A program made the translations under genes and the position numbers. This document shows, piece by piece, positions 59,307 through 64,000 of a stretch of DNA of 64,000 nucleotides. Origin of the DNA: Oligoflexales bacterium (GTDB lineage: Bacteria; Bdellovibrionota_B; Oligoflexia; Oligoflexales; Bog-1112). Location: contig JBGCEP010000026.1 of the NCBI GenBank assembly GCA_045106415.1, forward strand, positions 32,001 through 96,000. The letters are read 5' to 3'. The notes below the pieces were generated by a model. That model did not search any database. It saw only the letters and a program-made list of their open reading frames with translations, and had not been told where the DNA came from. Numbering within the stretch: position 1 is the stretch's first letter; each line of letters begins with the position of its first letter.

Positions 59307-60946
59307 AAGCTTTCTATCTATTTTTCATGTTTTTATCTTTTCAGGCTTACGCTGCAGAAGATATTTCTAAAGCTTTGAGGCGAGCGCAGTATCTTTTAAA
59401 TGCAACTGTCCCCACAGATCAAGAATATCAAAATCACGCTCAAGATGTTCAAAGTTATAGGAATGCTATAAGAGGATTTTTAGACCATAATAATTTTTAT
59501 GAAGCTGTTCTTCGCTATCATGAGCTGCAACTTGGCGTGGGTCTTCCTACAGATTATATTGACGAGCTTTTACGAAGTGATATTGATCATAAGACATCAA
59601 AATTTGCGACGATTGAATGTGGTGTCGAAGATAGTCGATTGGAATGCCAATGGGCAGGAAATACTTCAAATGAAACGTCAACATGTCCAGCATCTGCAGA
59701 GCAAGCTTCTTCAGTATTTTGGTATCCTGGGCTTGTTGCATGGGTATGTCCTTCGGTCATACGTGCATGTGGCTCCGACTTAAGTCGTTGCTTTATACGG
59801 TATCGAGATTCTGCTGCTGCACAACATAGTGAAATAGGAACAACAGAAGCTTTTGATTCTAGGTTTTCTGTTATCAAATCTTTAGGAAAGCAGTCTGCAG
59901 GACTTGCAACTGCAGTTGTTGTTGCAAACTACCCTTACACAAAAATTTTAGAGCCAGGATTATATGCTGTTGATGGTGCTATAGCTCATTTTTATAGGCA
60001 GTCTCATCATTTTGATTTAGCGAAATTAAACTTATCACCAAACTTAATTTCGCAAGTTGAGAAAATTTCATTAACAAATACGAGATATCGCTTGATTTAT
60101 GATGGAGGGCAATATGAACAAGCAGGTATTTTATCTTCTTTTGGTTGGCTGAGAAGGTATGAGAAAAATCGTACTCGTGCAAACCAGTTATATGAGCGAT
60201 TGCTATGTCGTCAATTCACAGCTGAACTTCCAAGGGTTTTTCCGCAAGATCCAGGAAATCTAAGAACAACCCCCGGATGTGAAGGGTGCCACTCTGTTTT
60301 GGATCCTTTGGCAGATTTTTTTACAACGTGGGGCGAGGGAGGCGACCTTTATTCTGGTGTTCATGAAGGTGTAGAAACATCTTTTGCTGGTAAAAGTGGG
60401 CGTTATTTGTCTGATCTTTCAAAAATTATTCGAGAAGATCCAGCTTTTGCGAGTTGTACCGTTGAGCATGTTTGGGAGTGGCTTATTGGGCGCAAATTCC
60501 ATGAAACAGAAGAAGATTTAAGAACATCGTTAACGAAGTATTTTATGGGCACGAATTATTCATTTAAAGAATTAGCATATGTTGTTGCAACTCACCCAGT
60601 CTTCCTTGAGGGATCCAGAGAAGACACTGATGTTATTGACCCTCTTGCACCCCAACCTTTAGGAGAACCACCTGGGAGTCGTGAGCTTGCTGTGTGTGAG
60701 GGGAGTGTTGATTTTGCGACACAGATAGCTGCTCCAGCAGCAGAGTATTGCCAAGGTTGTCATAATGGGCAAGGAACAACAATACCTTTAATAAGTGAGA
60801 ATGATTTTAGGACTTATGGAAAAGCGTCAGTGTTACAGGTTTCCGGTGGATTTATGCCTTTAAATTCATCAGGAGCTCCATTTAGTGGTCCTTTATTTGA
60901 TTTTAAAGAAAGCATTCGATGTTGGGTTGAGGAGCAGGGTTTATGA
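59303..60946 (+). CDS. Secreted diheme c protein, DUF1549/DUF1588/DUF1585-like
   Basis: Signal ending AYA; LRRAQYLLNATVPT; GILSSFGW; NRTRAN; CEGCH and CQGCH; FASC...WLIGR; ATGA overlap with the upstream gene. Confidence 0.8.
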   Translation: MKAFYLFFMFLSFQAYAAEDISKALRRAQYLLNATVPTDQEYQNHAQDVQSYRNAIRGFLDHNNFYEAVLRYHELQLGVGLPTDYIDELLRSDIDHKTSKFATIECGVEDSRLECQWAGNTSNETSTCPASAEQASSVFWYPGLVAWVCPSVIRACGSDLSRCFIRYRDSAAAQHSEIGTTEAFDSRFSVIKSLGKQSAGLATAVVVANYPYTKILEPGLYAVDGAIAHFYRQSHHFDLAKLNLSPNLISQVEKISLTNTRYRLIYDGGQYEQAGILSSFGWLRRYEKNRTRANQLYERLLCRQFTAELPRVFPQDPGNLRTTPGCEGCHSVLDPLADFFTTWGEGGDLYSGVHEGVETSFAGKSGRYLSDLSKIIREDPAFASCTVEHVWEWLIGRKFHETEEDLRTSLTKYFMGTNYSFKELAYVVATHPVFLEGSREDTDVIDPLAPQPLGEPPGSRELAVCEGSVDFATQIAAPAAEYCQGCHNGQGTTIPLISENDFRTYGKASVLQVSGGFMPLNSSGAPFSGPLFDFKESIRCWVEEQGL

Positions 60947-62280
60947 AACAAAAAAGAATGATAGCAATTCCTCCAGAAGATGTTGAGATGTTTGGTCGTA
61001 GGCAGCTTTTTCAGCAAGGAGCAGCATTAACCGGTTACTTAAGTTTAGGATCTTTGTTTGGAACATCTGGACAAGCGCAAAGCACAAACTATCAACTTGC
61101 TAGAAATCTTATTTGGATTCGTATGGCGGGAGGCTGGGATACTCTTGAAACTACAGACCCGAAAGCAAATTCAACTGCAGATATACAAACTATTTATGGC
61201 TGGGATCAAGCTCATCAACTCACAGGTGCGGATGCAGCAACAAAGGTAGGTAGATGGTTTCCGAAAATAGCGACTCACGGGGAAGATATTGTTTTGTTAA
61301 GAGGTATGGCTATGGGGACAAACTCTCATAATGCAGGAACGGTATATATGGATACAGGGGTGTTGAGTAATGCGGGTCGAGTTGCTTCTGCTTCTATTCC
61401 TGCAATTGTGGCTTCTGAGGGAGAAGCCACAATCCCTATGATTGTTTTAAATGGGGGGCAAACACCACAGACAGATAGAGGGTTATTAAATCCAGTCTCT
61501 GTTGTAAGAGCTAATAATTTATCTTTGTATAGGTCTATGTATCCAACTGAAAATGATGCTATTGAACGATCTGTCCGTATGCTTGATTATTTAAAAAACT
61601 CTTTGACGCGTGTGCAGGATGAAAGAGGAAGCCATGATCGTTTAAATGAAATTGTTGCATCAGAAGAAAAAGTGAGAAGACAGTTTTTGGATAACGTTGG
61701 CCTTCGACTTCAGGTTGAGGATGAAGATATTCAACCTTTTTTAACAGGAGCTCCGACAGGGTTTCGGCGAAGAGATGCTGAAAATTTTGCTCTAGCACTT
61801 AAGCTGTTACGTGGTGGGGTGTGTAATGTTATGAGTCTTGGTATTGGTGGTTTTGATACACATAGTAACCAAACAGCAAACCTACAGCCAATTCTTACAG
61901 GGACAGATCATGTTCTCGATGTTTTTTTGTCTGCTTTAAAATCTTCAGGTCTTTTGGATACAACTCTTGTTGTTCTTCATTCAGAATTTGCTCGAACTCC
62001 TAAAGTTAATAATTCAAATGGTCGTGATCATTGGTCTGTAGGTGGAGCGATGATGATAGGAGGAGGGATTCAAGGGGGAAGAGCGGTAGGGGCAACTGAT
62101 GATTCTTATCGAGCTATGGACATTGACTTGGAGACTGGGCTTCCTTTGATTGGTGGTGCGCAGTTAAATCCAACACATTTTGCTGGAAGCTTGCTTGAAC
62201 TGACTCTTGGGGCAAGCTATGCGGGTTTGAGAACCTACTTGGAATCTATACCTGCCTTGACTCGTTTGAAGACTGCTTGA
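60943..62280 (+). CDS. DUF1501 family Tat-exported protein
   Basis: GRRQLF signal; MAGGWDTLETTDPK, NSH, GGFDTH, SEFARTP, GRDHW and GGRAVGATD. Confidence 0.9.
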   Translation: MKQKRMIAIPPEDVEMFGRRQLFQQGAALTGYLSLGSLFGTSGQAQSTNYQLARNLIWIRMAGGWDTLETTDPKANSTADIQTIYGWDQAHQLTGADAATKVGRWFPKIATHGEDIVLLRGMAMGTNSHNAGTVYMDTGVLSNAGRVASASIPAIVASEGEATIPMIVLNGGQTPQTDRGLLNPVSVVRANNLSLYRSMYPTENDAIERSVRMLDYLKNSLTRVQDERGSHDRLNEIVASEEKVRRQFLDNVGLRLQVEDEDIQPFLTGAPTGFRRRDAENFALALKLLRGGVCNVMSLGIGGFDTHSNQTANLQPILTGTDHVLDVFLSALKSSGLLDTTLVVLHSEFARTPKVNNSNGRDHWSVGGAMMIGGGIQGGRAVGATDDSYRAMDIDLETGLPLIGGAQLNPTHFAGSLLELTLGASYAGLRTYLESIPALTRLKTA

Positions 62281-62340
62281 GAAAGATTGCGGTCCTTCTA
62301 TAGCTATGACACGATCAAAAGAATCTGTTCGTGTGAGGTT

Positions 62341-63447
62341 ATGATGAAATTTTTGTACTTTTTGATAGTGTCTACTCCTCTTTATAGTCAAGGTCTTCTT
62401 GAAACAAAAATATTTTCTTCGACAGAAAGTTTTCACGGTACTCCTTTTGCTTTAAATCCTGCTGTAGATCGCAGTGATGTATTACAAGGAGATGCTATTC
62501 TTTATCGTGAAACGTCGGAACATATTTGGACAGATAATGACAATGTTGAAAAAGCAGATGTATCAGGTGAAATTCAAGGTGTCGGCGTTGTTACGAATGT
62601 AGGTTCTGGTCTTATGATTGGTTTTTCGTATCAGAGGTTGACTTATACAGACACTCTGTCTCGCGATCAAAGAGGTGAAGTTTTCGAAAACTGGAAAAAA
62701 CAGCAATCTATGGCTCGTATTGCTGTTGAACTCACAGAACATCTTCATGCTGGTTTTTTGTTGAAATTCTTAGATGTTGAATATGATCTGCTTGGCTCTT
62801 TTTTTATAAACTCTTCTGAACGAGCTTTGTTAAAACCGTCTCTGTTTGGAAGCGGCGGAGGGCTTGTGATGACCTTTGATCGTATGGTTTTGTCCGGTGC
62901 TTGGGTTCCTACAATGAAAGGTAAAGCTAAGGTTCTAGGTGAAGAATTTATCGTTACAGAACCTGGTTTGTCAGAAATGACCTTATCTTCAAAACATCAA
63001 CAAATGATGGGAGGTATTGGAGTGCGTCGTTGGATTTACCGTAAAGATGATAGAGTGAATGGGACAACGGCAAATAATGAGAATCAAACTCAACTAAACC
63101 TGATGGGTTTAAATTCAGGTATGTCGAAAGTTTTTCCTATGTATAGTCGTTTTATAGATGTTGAAGCTTGGATGACGCCTGCTTTAAAAGCAGGCGTGCG
63201 GCTCGCATATACAGATTATGAAGTTCACACTGACTTACAGAGAACTTTTCCAGGTGAAGAAGCTGTGAGCCGGAAATTTTCAGCATTTCACCTGCAAGCT
63301 CACGCAACAATTAAAACAAAAGGCGCAGAACTTTCTTTAATGGCTTTGAGGGATTCTAGAAAATGGGAAGGTGAGAATAATAATCGCCCATTAAGCTATA
63401 AACAAAAAGAACAAAGCATAGTATTTCAAGTTCGAAGTCAAATTTAA
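62341..63447 (+). CDS. Putative outer-membrane beta-barrel protein
   Basis: Signal peptide, FadL-like LNPA near the N-terminus, repeated amphipathic beta strands. Confidence 0.6.
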   Translation: MMKFLYFLIVSTPLYSQGLLETKIFSSTESFHGTPFALNPAVDRSDVLQGDAILYRETSEHIWTDNDNVEKADVSGEIQGVGVVTNVGSGLMIGFSYQRLTYTDTLSRDQRGEVFENWKKQQSMARIAVELTEHLHAGFLLKFLDVEYDLLGSFFINSSERALLKPSLFGSGGGLVMTFDRMVLSGAWVPTMKGKAKVLGEEFIVTEPGLSEMTLSSKHQQMMGGIGVRRWIYRKDDRVNGTTANNENQTQLNLMGLNSGMSKVFPMYSRFIDVEAWMTPALKAGVRLAYTDYEVHTDLQRTFPGEEAVSRKFSAFHLQAHATIKTKGAELSLMALRDSRKWEGENNNRPLSYKQKEQSIVFQVRSQI

Positions 63448-63455
63448 AAAGAAAA

Positions 63456-64000
63456 TTACTGAGTCATAAAATGCGGCCAGTACCAGTTTTCAGCAAAGCG
63501 AGAACTAGGTTCAGTACTGTATGTGAGTCGATAACCTTGGAGATCTTTAGCAATCCAGCTAGACCAAGATCTATATTGGAGAGGTAAGATCGGAGGGTCG
63601 TTTAAAAAAATATTTTGGAGATGATGTAATTTTTTGATGTGCATGTGAGCTTTAAATTGATGCCTTATAGAGTTAAGAGTGCGATCAAAATCAGGGCTCA
63701 TATAGCCCCCAATATTCTGTCCCATAAAATTGTTGCTATCAGAAGGGATAAAGTGAGAATGGAAAAGGTGGGCAGAAGGTACTTCTATTGGAACTGTCCA
63801 TGCCGTCCATGCTAGACCTGTAAATAATGACTTTTTTAATCTCTGTACCCAGTCTTTTTTAGGAATTTTTTCAAGATCAAGAATAATACCGTGTGCAAAC
63901 CAAGTTTTTTTGAGAGCTGTAAACATTTTATGTAAACCTACTTTTTCTTCCGGATAAATGAGATTGATGTGTAGGTTTTTTCCTTTTTTCATATAAAGGC
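63456..64000 (-). CDS. Peptide ABC transporter substrate-binding protein (family 5), 3' part
   Basis: GQNIGGYMSPDFD...LQNIFLNDPPILPL...W..W; frame open to the window end. Confidence 0.75.
   Translation of the reverse strand, partial: LYMKKGKNLHINLIYPEEKVGLHKMFTALKKTWFAHGIILDLEKIPKKDWVQRLKKSLFTGLAWTAWTVPIEVPSAHLFHSHFIPSDSNNFMGQNIGGYMSPDFDRTLNSIRHQFKAHMHIKKLHHLQNIFLNDPPILPLQYRSWSSWIAKDLQGYRLTYSTEPSSRFAENWYWPHFMTQ

Noticed and set aside
4253..62748. Numerous 60-157 aa ORFs antisense or out of frame within longer genes (e.g. 5672-6055, 42582-43055, 49508-49903)
   Set aside because: Shadow ORFs of well-supported genes with no motifs of their own.
1..64000. CRISPR array, prophage, integron or known defence genes
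   Set aside because: No regularly spaced direct repeats, cas, phage structural or integrase genes were recognised by eye.

Overview
An AT-rich bacterial chromosomal segment. Gene style suggests Bdellovibrionota/Oligoflexia or a related deltaproteobacteria-like lineage; this is an inference only. Housekeeping genes include era, a Do/DegQ protease, aroC, kdsB, tRNA-Asp, ktrAB, a PiT transporter, a rhomboid, gluQ, PBP1A, pyk, tatA, mlaEFD, betT and fur. There are several two-component proteins, many orphan lipoproteins, one decayed IS3-family element and some eroded gene remnants. The most notable feature is two divergent copies of the same three-gene envelope module (3765-7246 and 58599-62280). 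Each encodes a small helical lipoprotein, a Sec-exported c-type heme protein with DUF1549/1588/1585-like motifs, and a twin-arginine DUF1501-like protein. The second copy is flanked by a further cytochrome lipoprotein and a probable beta-barrel, and both copies lie behind sigma-28-like promoter motifs. Other oddities are a degenerate ECF sigma fused to an anti-sigma-like membrane module, a TsdA/SoxA-like diheme cytochrome fused to DM13, and a tatA-BagAB-like ATPase-mlaEFD cluster. A PBP1A/LpoA-like pair is coupled to two twin-arginine unknowns, and a BpsA-like enzyme is coupled to a LysE exporter. All family assignments are from motif recognition by eye, without database searches.
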